Source of the DNA: Negaprion brevirostris
Lineage: Eukaryota
Assembly (NCBI GenBank): GCA_030324005.1
Contig: JARDVH010000163.1
Coordinates: 45,884,109 to 45,948,108, forward strand
DNA: 64,000 nt
Direction: 5' to 3'
A program made the translations under genes and the position numbers. This document shows positions 48,205 to 60,387 of the stretch, piece after piece; positions within the stretch are counted from its first letter, which is position 1, and the number at the start of each line of letters is the position of its first letter. The notes beneath the pieces are model-generated. The model was given only the letters and a program-made list of their open reading frames with translations, was not told where the DNA came from and did not search any database.

Positions 48205-49200
48205 GTTTTGCAAGATTCCACTGTGAATCCTCCACTTCCATATATATATATGATTTCTCTTGGCAATGTTGTTCACATGGGGTCAGCTTCCCTGTGCACC
48301 CAGATCTACATTTCCACTATCTCTCTTGAGCCTCTTTGCAGTGTCTGTGCTGTTATGCTGCATGTCCAATATCCTGTCTTGAATAAGCCACAATTTTCTC
48401 CAATTGAAGAGGTCAAAGCCATCAGCTTCAGTCCTATCACGACTCTGTATATGTACAACTAACTCCAACCTCCTCTTCATCCAATGTCTCAGGTGTCTTA
48501 ACCTGGTGTTGTGAAACTTCTTAATGTGCCTACTCTAGTCCAACACCGGCATCTCCACATCATGTCTCAGGTTGGACCAGACCATTCTATTTGATCTTGA
48601 ATGAATTTTCAACCCCATAATTCTCCTAATACAAAAAATTGACTTTCTTGCATCTCAATAACATGGTCTGTCTATGCATCCACTTCTGTTGCTAACACCT
48701 TCAATCATACCTTTATAATCCTGAAATTCAACCAATGCACTGCATTCCCAGTCAGTTCCCCATCCTCCTTGTTCCTCCTGTCTGAAACTTTCAGCTCATC
48801 TAATATCTAACCTGTTACTAAATCCTGTCACTATTCCCTATTTTTGCTAATTTACATGGGCTCTTAAATTCCTCAGTGTCTCAGTTTAAAATTGTCATCT
48901 GTGTGTTTACATCTCCCTAACCTCATCTCATCCCACGTCTGCAATCTCCCCAGCTTATCTTTGAATTTACTGTTTCTGTAACTCTGGTAACTTTTACATC
49001 TGCACCTCCTCGCACTTCATCTCCAGCTTAACATTACCGATGACAGCCACACTTTCAACTACCTAGGCACAAAGCTCATTCCCTTTTCTTTCATTAAAAT
49101 CTATCTGTTTGATTAATGTTTTAGTGACCATTCTAAACATATCCTCCTCTGACTCAACATTCATTTTTCCTTATGCTTCTATAAACCACATTTCGGTTGT
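48205..49200 (+). mobile_element. L2-type LINE RT/3' remnant filling intron 6
   Basis: Pyrimidine-rich decayed ORF2 end (..TQIY.S.., LH.L....QFKI..VF) typical of L2. Confidence 0.45.
48498..48565 (+). mobile_element. PLE family A terminal fragment, inserted in an L2 remnant
   Basis: ttaacctggtgttgtgaaacttctt...gtccaacaccggcatctccacatcatg. Confidence 0.7.
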
Positions 49201-49334
49201 ATTTTTTAACATTCATGTGGCCTTAGAGTGATACCATTGAACTTTGTAAGTATAGGATTGGTAAACATGCATAAGTATATAAAAACTAAATGAAATCATT
49301 TATAATGTACATAATGTAAAATTGTGTGTTTCAG

Positions 49335-49437
49335 GATTTGGAAAGAGCAATGAACAGGATTAGAAACAGAGCAACTGGATCTCCTGTCAGGAAAAACCAT
49401 TGGGAAACAGTTCGTGGGATTGTCAAATTGGGAAAAG
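49335..49437 (+). CDS. gucy1b2: gucy1b2 exon 7 (DLERAMNRIRNRATGSPVRKNHWETVRGIVKLGK)
   Basis: tttcag| acceptor and |gtaatc donor; 103 nt. PV-K-HW..VR.IV..GK resembles the beta-2 linker; phases 0 to 1 are required for the frame. Confidence 0.88.
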
Positions 49438-49757
49438 GTAATCATTTCCAAAATTGGTACAGATTATTTAAACTAACAAAAGGGCTCAAAGCCTTTACTT
49501 TTGTGGCACTTTGATTATCCATGTGTCAAGAACTTTGTTGCAAATATGAATCCATGAGATGCAGTAACTCTTACTTAGTTGGGAAAGAAACAGCTTTCAG
49601 TACCATACACACACAATTCTGTATGGTGATTCTGTAAAGTGCCAGAACGATTCAGATAACTTTATAACCCTGTAATTGTAAATTCAAATGTCTGCACATC
49701 ATCAATCATGAACATAAAGGTATGGAATTGCACGTTATATTTTGTTTTTCTTCATAG

Positions 49758-49861
49758 GCAAACTATTAAGAGGGTTTGAACCAGTCTACCCTGAGAGACT
49801 GTGGGTTGATATAAAAACATTTTGTAATTCTTTTCCTTTCCACATTGTCTTCAATGAAGAG
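49758..49861 (+). CDS. gucy1b2: gucy1b2 exon 8 (GKLLRGFEPVYPERLWVDIKTFCNSFPFHIVFNEE), start of PAS/H-NOBA
   Basis: ttcatag| acceptor and |gtgggt donor; 104 nt; sGC signature TFC..FPFHIVF. Confidence 0.95.
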
Positions 49862-49977
49862 GTGGGTCTTTAGTCTATTTGTTCTTTTAAAAAGTGTTAT
49901 TGATAAATGGGGGCCTGTGTAAATATGATTAAACTCTATTTTTCACTCAGTTCTTGCCTTTCTCTCCTGAAAACATT

Positions 49978-50947
49978 GTGTGGAATTTTCCCAAAAACTG
50001 ACTTGGGGCGGGACTTAGATCAGAAATTCCCACTCAAGTTCAATGAACCTTTAATGGTCCACTAAATATTCTATCTTATTGGATACGATTCCCACGGTGG
50101 GGGGAGTTGGGAAATTTTCAGCCCAAGTGAAAAACCTGGAGTGATACATGCCATTCTATCTGATGGGAACAGGACTGCAATCTTCCCATAATTTTTTTGG
50201 GAGAATGGTGAGTTGCCTGCCGGTTCTGGGAGGCACAGGGCCTGAATACACCATTGAGTCCAGCTGAACAGTGATCAGGTGCCATTTTGAAAAGGCAGCC
50301 CGATCTCACAGTGCACCGAGAGACCCCCTCCCTCCCTCATGAACATCAGGACCGCCCCCCACCCTCATTGCTGGCATGTTTCCCACCAACCTGCCACATA
50401 TGGATCGCTGGCATTGGGATCCTTCCATTGGGTCTCCTTTCATGGCCTCAGTCATGCCTCCCCCTTCATGCCCCACTCAGGCCCCACCCCTTGGTACTGG
50501 CTCTGCCACACTGACAGTGGCAACCTGGAAGTGTCCAACCAGCACTGCCAGTGCGCCAGGAGGACACTGCCAGATGGGCACTGCCCAGCCATGTCCCAGA
50601 CTCCCAGGGGCCCCAATGGCCTCTGAGCCCCATGACGTGGCCATCATGTGTGATCTCCACAAGTGGAGTCCAGTAGTGATTCTCGTTAGGTGCATGCCAT
50701 GCCTGAGGCTCAGAAGATCCCTGGAGTTGTGAGAACCTGGCGTTGAAGGTGCTAAGTGTATTTAACTGCTATATTAAATATTCTATTCAGCCTTTCACCC
50801 TTTCTGGGCTCAATCCAGTTTGTGCCAGCAGAAAGGGATTGAGACAATTATAAACCATTTGGCATTGGTGCAAAACCCGTTTCTAGACCCAAATGCAATT
50901 TTCTAGGATTGGCACAGATTGCGTGGCGAGGCCAGAAAATTGCCCCC
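49978..50947. mobile_element. GC-rich non-autonomous TIR-type repeat cluster
   Basis: Several ggaattttcc/ggaaatttt and agaaaattgcccc termini like the MITE family; no coding similarity recognised. Confidence 0.4.
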
Positions 50948-51741
50948 ATTGACTTTTAGCTGGATAGATTCCATGTGTATTGAGCACCAGAATGTACCTT
51001 CTTTGAGTGTCCATTTTTCATGTCCTGACAGCAAATGTTGACAGCCTATTTGACTATCACAAGAGAATTCAAACCTTTGCTAATGTGTGAATCATGGGGC
51101 AGCAATCAACAATAAATATCTGGCTGATTTTCTTTTGGTCTAACCCAAGATTTTTGAGGATGTTTTAGGGATTAACCGCGAAGCTCCTGATATACAAATG
51201 ATTTGGTCAAGGCTGTAGTGAGTACAGTTTCAAAGTTGTGAATGATTTAAAACGTGACAAATAGTAAATACCGAGAAGGGCAGGAACGAAGTTCAGATGC
51301 ACTGGTATAGACGGGTGAAATTGCGAGACGTATGGCAAATGCAGTTTAAGGTGGGAAAGCATGAAGTGATGGACATTGGGAAGAAAAACATGTCTGGATT
51401 TTTGTAGACTGGTGGAAACCTCAAAATGGTAGGCAGGATCCAGATCACCCTCATTTCCAACACATATTTTCATCAGGAGGGGAATTGGGGTATGGGTGGG
51501 AAAGCCAGACTCAGCAGAGCAATTTAAACTCAACACTGATTTCAAATAGCCTCCATGTTCATTGAATCAAGGGGCTTAACCTACAGTGAGGAAATTATGA
51601 AACTTTATAGAAGTCATGACTTGTTATTAAGCTTTATTGGCCTGTCAAGCTGTAAAGTCATATAAATGGCCAGTCCTTTAAAAGTAGAAAGAATTGCTGC
51701 CTGTGTCTAGGAGATTTTAAAAAGCACTTTCAGAAATATAA

Positions 51742-52025
51742 AGTTTATTTATTAGTGTCACAAGTAAGTTCACATTAACAATAATGAAGTTACTGTGAAA
51801 ATCCCCTAGTCACCACACTCTGGCACCTGTTCGGGTACATTGAGGGAGAATTTAGCATGGTCAATGCACCTAAGCAGCACATCTTTTGGACTGTGGGAGG
51901 AAACCCACGCAGACAAAGGAAGAACGTGTAGACTCTGCACAGACAGTGACACAAGCCAGGAATCCCAGCCCAGGTCCCTAGTGCTGCGAGGCAGCAGTGC
52001 TAACCTTTGTGCCCCCATGCCACCC
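51742..52025 (-). mobile_element. V-SINE, second tail type
   Basis: Same structure as 1361-1641. Confidence 0.88.
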
Positions 52026-52329
52026 ACAAACCCAGGCAGGTATGGGGAAAACATGCAAACTCCATTCAGACCCTAAAAAATTTACACTATTATGTCATCC
52101 AACAATAACACGTGCAAATTTAATATCTGAGCCATGCCCCTGTGTAAATTCCCTTTTAGGTTTCCTCATTGGCCCTACTTCCCCTACTTTTCCTTTTCCC
52201 ACTATTTTATCATTTATACATCCTATGGGATGCCAGTCTTTTCGCATAATCCCTCTTTGCTTCTATAATGTATTTTTTTCACCTCCCCTCTAAACACTTG
52301 ATTCCACTTGATTCTCAATTGGTAAGAAA

Positions 52330-52900
52330 TTTTATGGAAAACTTTGCAATGTAAACAGTGACAATAAAAAGAAAAACATGGAAATCATGCTAAACTTTTT
52401 ACAAATCACAGACTGGAATGTTGTGTATAATTCTGGGCATCGCACTTTAGTCTTCGGAAAGGATGCAGGAGGTTTAGCTGGATAATACCGGGCATAAGGT
52501 ACTTCAACAATGGAGAGATTGGAGAAGATAGGACTGTTCTTTGAGAAAGGAATGTTCAGAGGAATGCGAATAAGTTATTCAAAATTATGAATGGAGTTGA
52601 TGCGACAAGCAGAAAGAAACTGTTCTCTTGACAAGCGGGTCAGTAACAAGAGGTGATAGATTTTACGAGACAAAATGAAGAGACTTTTTTTCACAGGGAG
52701 GATGTTAAAATCTAGGCTGCACTATCTGAAAGTTTCCCCAGAAACTTTTACAAAGATGTGTTTTTAAAGAAGACTAATTTGCACAGTTGTAGGGAAAAGG
52801 CTGAGGTGTGGGCCTAAATTGATCCATGCTTTCTAAGAGGCAGTACATGCACAAATGGTGAAATGGCCTCCTTCTATGTTGTATGCTTGGTTGATTCTAT
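52330..52900 (+). mobile_element. Old CR1 3' fragment
   Basis: ..LEC.V.FWASHF.., RLEKIGLF and TRG motifs; ggcctccttct..gattctatg tail. Confidence 0.7.
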
Positions 52901-53118
52901 GGGCAGAAATTTCCAGTCTTGCCCAGTGCCAAGATCATCTGGTCCCACTGAAAGTCAGTGGATGTTTGACTGGCTTGCCACATTTCCCTTGACAATTCTT
53001 GCCACTGCAGGACTGGAANNNNNNNNNNNNNNNNNNNNNNNNNNNNNNNNNNNNNNNNNNNNNNNNNNNNNNNNNNNNNNNNNNNNNNNNNNNNNNNNNN
53101 NNNNNNNNNNNNNNNNNN

Positions 53119-53297
53119 CTATTTGACAGCCAATCCCCTATCCACGCTAACACCTTACCCCCAACTCCATGCCCCCTAACCTTCTGTAACAACCTGTTGT
53201 GCGGCACCTTATCAAACGCCTTCTGAAAATCAAGGAACACCACATCTACTGGCTCTCCTCTATCCACCGCCCTAGACACATCCTCATAGAATTCCAA
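53119..53297 (-). mobile_element. Well-preserved CR1 RT fragment next to a gap
   Basis: ORF 52935..53297: VDVVFLDFQKAFDKVPHNRLL..WIGDWLS. Confidence 0.9.
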
Positions 53298-53358
53298 TGA
53301 ATTCTGCTCGATGATTCTTAGTCTATATTGTTCTATTACTTACGGAACAATCCAGGGA

Positions 53359-53566
53359 GTCATAGAATCCCTGCAGTACAGAAGAGGTCATTCAACTCAT
53401 CGAGTCTGCACTGGCTCTCTGATGGAGTACCTTACCCAGACCCTCTCCCCTGCCCTATCCCTGTAACTCCACACATTTACCACGGCTAATCCGTATAACT
53501 TACACATCTCGGGTCACTAAGCGACAATTTAGCATTGCCAGTTCCCCTAACCTGCACATCTTTGGA
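53359..53566 (-). mobile_element. HE1/V-SINE 3' half
   Basis: catagaatccctgcagtacagaagagg..cctaacctgcacatctttgga. Confidence 0.8.
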
Positions 53567-53569
53567 CCA

Positions 53570-54650
53570 TTGGAGTCCTTCGGAGAATATTGAGATTTTT
53601 AATGCAGCTAGTCTTTTGTCAGATCAATATCTCGTCATATTATTAAGGAAAAGATAGTTGAACACGTTAATAATTTCTAGCTGATCAAAGAGAGTGAGGA
53701 TGGATTTGTAAAAAGTGTAGATCGTGCCTGTCAAACCTGATTAAGTTATTTGAAGACGTCGCTAAAGTAGTGAACAGGGGAATGGCAATGCATGTTGTTT
53801 ACATGAACTTCCAGAAGGCATTTAATAAAACATCTCATAACAGATTGTTTGTTAAAGTTGAAACCATAGAATTGAAGGCACTTTATTGACCTGGCTAGGA
53901 AACTGACTGAGCAAATTAAATTGAATCAGAAATTGACAGAGAGTGGAATAAGGGGGATGTGACTTGTGGTGTGTTGGAGCCTCAACTATGCACTGTATTT
54001 ATTAACAACATAGATGATGAAATAGAAAAATCAGAGATACAAATTTACAGATAACACAAAGGTAGGAGCACTATAAGCTAATGGAACCATAAAACCATGG
54101 ATATATTAATGGATGAACTGAATGGGAAAAACTGTGGCAAATAGATTTCAATGTCAATAAACGTGAGGACATTCATTATGGGCATAAAGAAAATAGAACA
54201 GCGTACAAAAATGAAAACAAGAAAAGAAGGCCCAAAGACAATTAGGGGTGGGGTTCGAGTCTACATATAATTAAAATGCTATGAACAAGTAGAGAAAAGA
54301 ATCAAAATGGCTAATGGAACACTGGTTTTTAAATATAGAGGATGAGAACACAATGGAAAAGAATATTTTGTAATACTATTGGAATTGTTCCCCTGATTTT
54401 TATTGAGCCTATAGAGGTAATACAAGGCACAAGCTTGATTGGAAGAAATCTTACTGCTTTGGCTGCATCTTATTTGAGGCTCCGCAAATCCTGAAAGCGA
54501 ATCCTGAAATGTTGCATCACTTCCTGCAATGATGTACACAGTATTTGATTAGCATTTTAAACAGGTACAATTAATCCATTACACTAAATAGATCAACTAT
54601 ACAAAGCCCTTGTTAGACCACACCTGACATTCTGTGTATCACACCTTAAG
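53570..54650 (+). mobile_element. Decayed CR1 RT fragment
   Basis: HVVYMNFQKAFNK, KFTDNTKVG, WQIDFNVNK and KALVRPHL remnants. Confidence 0.75.
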
Positions 54651-55928
54651 AAGAGTGGCCCACAACTTGTGATTTCCAGGAGTCGTTCTCCAGTGGTATC
54701 CCAGAAGATGCACTGGAGGACCCACCAGAAGTCCCCATACAATGACCACATAGTATTTGCCTGAGAAGTTTAAATTTACAATGGGCTCTGAAACTATGTG
54801 ATACCCTGATTTAAATCAAAGACCTCAGATGATTCCAAGTCTCAGCAGAATAGTTACCAAGGAAAGGTTAGAAGGATTAAAATCACTTCTAACTCCTGGA
54901 TACTTACCCTACTGACCCTGCCAAAAACATTATTTTGCGTTTATAAATGAATTTGTCATTGATGTTTTATTGTGAGCCGAAAATCAATGTTTTGCTAATT
55001 TTAATCTTTTGTTTTTGTGACTCCAATCAGTTTGTATTTTAGGCAAATCTCTTAAAAAGGCTCATCAGGGAAAAATAAAAATTGTTGACCCCCTCATATA
55101 GATCAATTGTAAATTTAAATCTGAGAATAGATTTTTGTTATTTACAGATTTTAATGAACAAAAGGGAAAGGGTGAAGATATGAAAGTCGATTACAGATCA
55201 ACCATAATATTTTAGAATGGTGGCTCAGGGGTACTAAATGACTTATTCCTGTCCCTAAATTTTTATAATTCAATCTTAACACAAAAAAATCAATATTAGG
55301 AACTTTCTGATCTTATGAAGTGAAATGTATTTACTTCAGCTGCTTCATCAGTGTTGTACGATGCACAACTGGTTTTGCATGCTCTCCAAATTGGATACTT
55401 TTTATCATTTTGAATTACAAAGTTGTATTTACATAAATTGAAAAAGCAGGTACAGTACCAGAAAACCACACTTACCCTGTAATTAGGTCAATTAGTTTAG
55501 TTATTACTAATGCATTTCCTTAAAGTATTATATAGAATTAAGTCCTTAAATTGTGACTAGAAATTTTAATGGTGCATTTATACCTCAACAACAATTCTGG
55601 GCAAAATAGTCTAATTTTGTAATGTTGTAAGCACCATTTAAATCTGGAGCCATGGCTTAGACTGACACAAGAATGAATTGGAAATCGCTGCATACAAATG
55701 CTAAACATGTACAGTAAGGCCCTATTAGAAATTAATGGTATATTTAGTTTTGAAAGCTGATGAAATGCTTTCCAAAAGGTAACACTGATCAACTCTGTAT
55801 AACTAAACATAAGAAGATGTTTTGTCTTTTAATATTGTGCACTGCAAGTTGATAATTTAATTTATTTATTGAGAAAACGTTGATCATTGAAATGTTTTAT
55901 GCTAACCACTTGTTCTTGGCCTTTTAAG

Positions 55929-56145
55929 CTTAGGGTAAAACAAGCAGGGATAAATATACAGAAGGTCGTCCCAGGTCTTCAGACAATGGACATCCGACTT
56001 GATGAATACTTCACCATTGTTCACCCGGAAGTAACATTCATAATATCAAGTGTGCGGAAATTCATTAATAGTCAATTTGTGTTAAGAACAAAACAGGAAA
56101 TGATGCCAGAATCATGGAAGCATCGTCCAATGCTGGAACTAAGAG
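55929..56145 (+). CDS. gucy1b2: gucy1b2 exon 9 (LRVKQAGINIQKVVPGLQ...FINSQFVLRTK...MLELR)
   Basis: cttttaag| acceptor and |gtgtga donor; 217 nt; PAS domain; lies within ORF 55887..56195. Confidence 0.92.
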
Positions 56146-57920
56146 GTGTGAAAGAAAATGAAGCAACTTTTAAAATATATGTTTATCTACAGTGAAAGAT
56201 AGCTTGAAATGTAAAAAAAACAAAAAAGATCTAGATTAACAAATCATTTCTTGTAACAATATTATCTCTTCCATTGTCCATTTAATGGGATATCTCTTGT
56301 ACAAGTCCATTCTTACACATTCAAACACAGTCAATGATCCTCCATGATGCAATGGAGTCCCAATCAATTACTAAACTTTCTTATTTTGCCTTTTTAAAAG
56401 TTGTGAATAATTAGCTCTAGGTTTATTGTTCGATATTTTTATTTTGTTTAATCTCTGCTAATGACTTCTTCAGGATAATAGCTTCAAGAAGGCACAAAGA
56501 CCCAAAAATCAGAAGAAATTGAATATACATTCAAAGAGTTAGCTATAAATACACAGACAATTGAGTATCAGTTTTGTGCATGTACAAATTTGGTGGTCCT
56601 GCACAATGACTTCCATATTCTTTCCGGCCAGTGCCACAATATGACTCAGTGAAGACATTGCAAGAACTAACCACACATACATGTTTTAAAGGCTCACTGA
56701 TTTGAAATCAAAATGTACAAGATTGTATTTTGTATTTTCTGAATCTAAGTAGGGAGACGATGTCAGTAAGACCAAAGTTTTCGATTTTGGTCTCTGCTCT
56801 AAATTCCTCCCTGAACCATGACCTCAGACTGACTCAGGTTGCCCATGAACCTAGCTTAAAATCTCACATCCCATTGATTATCAAGATCACTTCTGACCTC
56901 CTGTACAACATTGTCTGCCTCCACCCTTACCTCAACCTTCCACCATTGAAAATTGAAACCCATATAACATTATGACTCAATTATTGTCACACACTCCTTG
57001 TTGGCTCTCCATCTAACACCTTCCAACTTACCCTTTCTTGCACCAAGTCTCAGCTATCCATCACCCCTCTTGCTGGCTATATGACCTTCTGGTCTAATGT
57101 TCTAAATTAAAAATCTTTATCCATTAGTTCTCCCATGATCTTCCTAAGAGCATTTGGCACTAAGGGAATACACCCTATGGTGACTCATTGGCTTTTACAT
57201 GGAATATTGGATTGTTTGTTTGATAAAGCTAGTTTGGAATAGTTATATTGGCCTTTATTTCAGCATTGTGACCAGGAGGATGGTATGCTTATTAGTGACA
57301 GCAGGACGGTAAGCTGGGTGATTGTAATAGAATACATATTGGGGTTGTTTATTTGGATGAAACATCCATGGACACCAGGCCAGAAATGGTATGCGTTGGT
57401 TGCCTCTTTCCTTCCTTGCTTCCTTCCTTGNNNNNNNNNNNNNNNNNNNNNNNNNNNNNNNNNNNNNNNNNNNNNNNNNNNNNNNNNNNNNNNNNNNNNN
57501 NNNNNNNNNNNNNNNNNNNNNNNNNNNNNNNNNNNNNNNNNNNNNNNNNNNNNNNNNNNNNNNNNNNNNNNNNNNNNNNNNNNNNNNNNNNNNNNNNNNN
57601 NNNNNNNNNNNNNNNNNNNNNNNNNNNNNNNNNNNNNNNNNNNNNNNNNNNNNNNNNNNNNNNNNNNNNNNNNNNNNNNNNNNNNNNNNNNNNNNNNNNN
57701 NNNNNNNNNNNNNNNNNNNNNNNNNNNNNNNNNNNNNNNNNNNNNNNNNNNNNNNNNNNNNNNNNNNNNNNNNNNNNNNNNNNNNNNNNNNNNNNNNNNN
57801 NNNNNNNNNNNNNNNNNNNNNNNNNNNNNNNNNNNNNNNNNNNNNNNNNNNNNNNNNNNNNNNNNNNNNNNNNNNNNNNNNNNNNNNNNNNNNNNNNNNN
57901 NNNNNNNNNNNNNNNNNNNN

Positions 57921-58183
57921 TGGGTGACTCTGTGTGGAGTTTGCACATTCTCATCATGTCTGTATGGGTTTCCTCTGGGTGTTCCAGTTTTCTCCCAAAG
58001 CCCAAGGCTGTGCAGGTTAAGTGATTCAGCCATGCTAAATTGTCCCTTAGTGTCAAAAGTTGTGTAGGTAATGTAGATTAGCCATGGTAAATGCACAGGA
58101 GTGGGTATAGGTGAGATGCTCTTTCAGACAGTTGGTACAGATGGGCTGAGTGGCCTCCTCTGCACTGTAGGGATCCTATGGTT
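57921..58183 (+). mobile_element. HE1/V-SINE, head lost in gap
   Basis: tgtgtggagtttgcacattctc..ggcctcctctgcactgtagggat. Confidence 0.85.
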
Positions 58184-59110
58184 CTGTGGTTCTTCCTGCT
58201 ACTGAAACTATGCTCAGTTGTGTGACTTTAATATAAGGCATTAATTGGAGCAACATGGTTAAAAATAGCAGCATAGAGATTGAACCAGCATTGCATGCTG
58301 ACTGATTCACATTCTGTCTACTCTTCATACTTCCAAGTGTATTCTTAATCCATATAACTCCTGAGCTATCCAAATTGGCATCTGGTGTGGAGCACAGATG
58401 TTCCTGAAGCATGTGTATGCCATTTTGAAACTATTGCACCAAAACTACAAGCACTCTGAAGCTGCATTTTCTGGTCTTCATTCCTCTGTCACCTCTTTCT
58501 TGTTTGCTCCTGTCTTTTTGCTTCACCATTATGTCAGACGTTTTAGTTAACTGGGTCCTTATCTTTAGAATTTTTTTTGCCTTAGCTTCTCATCCTCATT
58601 TTACATTTAGATCCATCTCTTTGAACAAGATTTTGACATTTCTCCTATTTCTCCCTTCCTGCCTTGACATCTGTTTCTTTACATCTATTTGTGAAAGGAA
58701 CATCTTTTTATGTTAATAGAGTCATGTAAATGCAGGTTGTTAATATGTATGAACAAATCAGAACGTTTGTTATGGGATGCACTTTATGACATGACCAAAG
58801 CAACAAAGTTCACAATGTGAATCTCCAATATGCTTAAGTATAATGTACTTTGCTTCAAATTCAATATTTTGATATGTGGCATTTTATAAAGATTCTTTGC
58901 ATCTAGTTAGTCAAGAATAAAATATTCCAAATCTCAAATGAGAAGCCAGTTGAAATATGCTTAAGATTAAAGTCTTTTTCTAAATTTTCTATATACATTT
59001 GAATATAGATGTAAGTACATATGGTGCTTGCAAGCCTAAAGAGAAAAGCTAATGATCTGCAAAAGTACATTGCCAATCTGCAAGGTGAGAATAAAAAGCT
59101 TTCACAATAA

Positions 59111-59251
59111 TGGTTAGATGGATTGGCCATGCTAAGTTGCCCCTTACTGTCAGGGGGGATTAGTTGGGGATAGAGCCTAGGTGGGATTGTGGTCTCTACA
59201 GCCTCGATGGGTTGAATTTCCTCCTTGTGCACTGTAAATTTCTATGATTCT
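59111..59251 (+). mobile_element. HE1/V-SINE 3' fragment
   Basis: ggattggccatgctaagttgcccctta..gcactgtaaatttctatgattct. Confidence 0.8.
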
Positions 59252-59344
59252 AACCACTACCATCATTTAACTGTGAATTAATATTTACAACTTTTCCCTC
59301 GTTAGGCTTGCAAGCACCATATGTACTTACAATTATATCCATAA

Positions 59345-59636
59345 TCTTGCTGCAGCTGTATAGGGCACTGGTGAGGCCGCAGCTGGAGTACTGTGTGCAG
59401 TTTTGGTCGCCGCACTTACGCNNNNNNNNNNNNNNNNNNNNNNNNNNNNNNNNNNNNNNNNNNNNNNNNNNNNNNNNNNNNNNNNNNNNNNNNNNNNNNN
59501 NNNNNNNNNNNNNNNNNNNNNAGGGCGGGAGTGTGGAACTGAGCCACGACAGATCAGCCATGATCTTATTGAATGGCGGGGCAGGCTCGAAGGGCTTGGA
59601 TGGTCTACTCCTGCTCCTATTTCTTATGTTCTTATG
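59345..59636 (+). mobile_element. Young CR1 3' fragment spanning a gap
   Basis: LYRALVRPQLEYCVQFWSPHLR with CpGs retained; (ttcttatg)2 tail. Confidence 0.88.
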
Positions 59637-60387
59637 CAGAATTTCAAAAAGATTTTAATCTGAAGCATATTTCAACTAGCTTCTCATTTGAGATTTGGAC
59701 TCTTTTTTTATTCTTGACTAACTAGAAAAATAACTCAGGCAGAGGCAGGAAATTGGATAGGGATGTGTCCCACTGAGGCTTGATTCTTTCTGGCCAAGTA
59801 GCAATCTTCCCATCTCACTTCTAGCGAGCTTGATGCCTCATAGGAGTGAATATTAGCATATGAAACAGTAACGATTGAGTAAAATTGGAAGTCACGTTTA
59901 CTGTTGTTACCATCATAGATGTACCAGTGTTAGTAAAATTCAACAGCCCACTCTAGGCAGTGGAGTTGATTACTGCATAAATGATTCACACTCTCTGACT
60001 GGAATGTTACACTTGATCTAACGGGAGCCTGAAGTTGTTTTTATTCCATTAAGGATTTCCTATTCTCATCTGAAGTCATCCCCTTGGTGCAGATGAATGC
60101 TCCATTCAGAGCTTCTAACATTACGTGAATGAGAATGACTGCCAAAATTCCTAGGATCAGCAGGATGATCATCAGGTAGACAGGCCTACTGCCCAGTTAC
60201 ACTTACGATACAGACCTAATGAAAAGGAAAACTTTCTAAGGAGAAGGAGTTATAGTTGAAGTTAACTGACTGATGCATTTGATAGAAATGTGCTGAAGTC
60301 AAGTTAAGGCAAAAGAATGGAGACATTACTAAAGGGTTAATTTTGCAATAAGCGCTTCTCACAATGATTTTCATCATCTTCCTCCAG

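Larger units (their letters stand above)
58902..59726. repeat. About 89-bp inverted repeat arms (58902-58990 and 59638-59726)
   Basis: tctagttagtcaagaataaaa..ccaaatctcaaatgagaagc.agttgaaatatgctt.agattaaa.tcttttt and its reverse complement. Confidence 0.85.

Noticed and set aside
9917-59663. Long ORFs of 180-340 aa in the ORF track (e.g. 9917..10792, 11608..12354, 18386..19405, 41344..41976, 57260..58096)
   Set aside because: They consist mainly of X from N gaps and are assembly artefacts.
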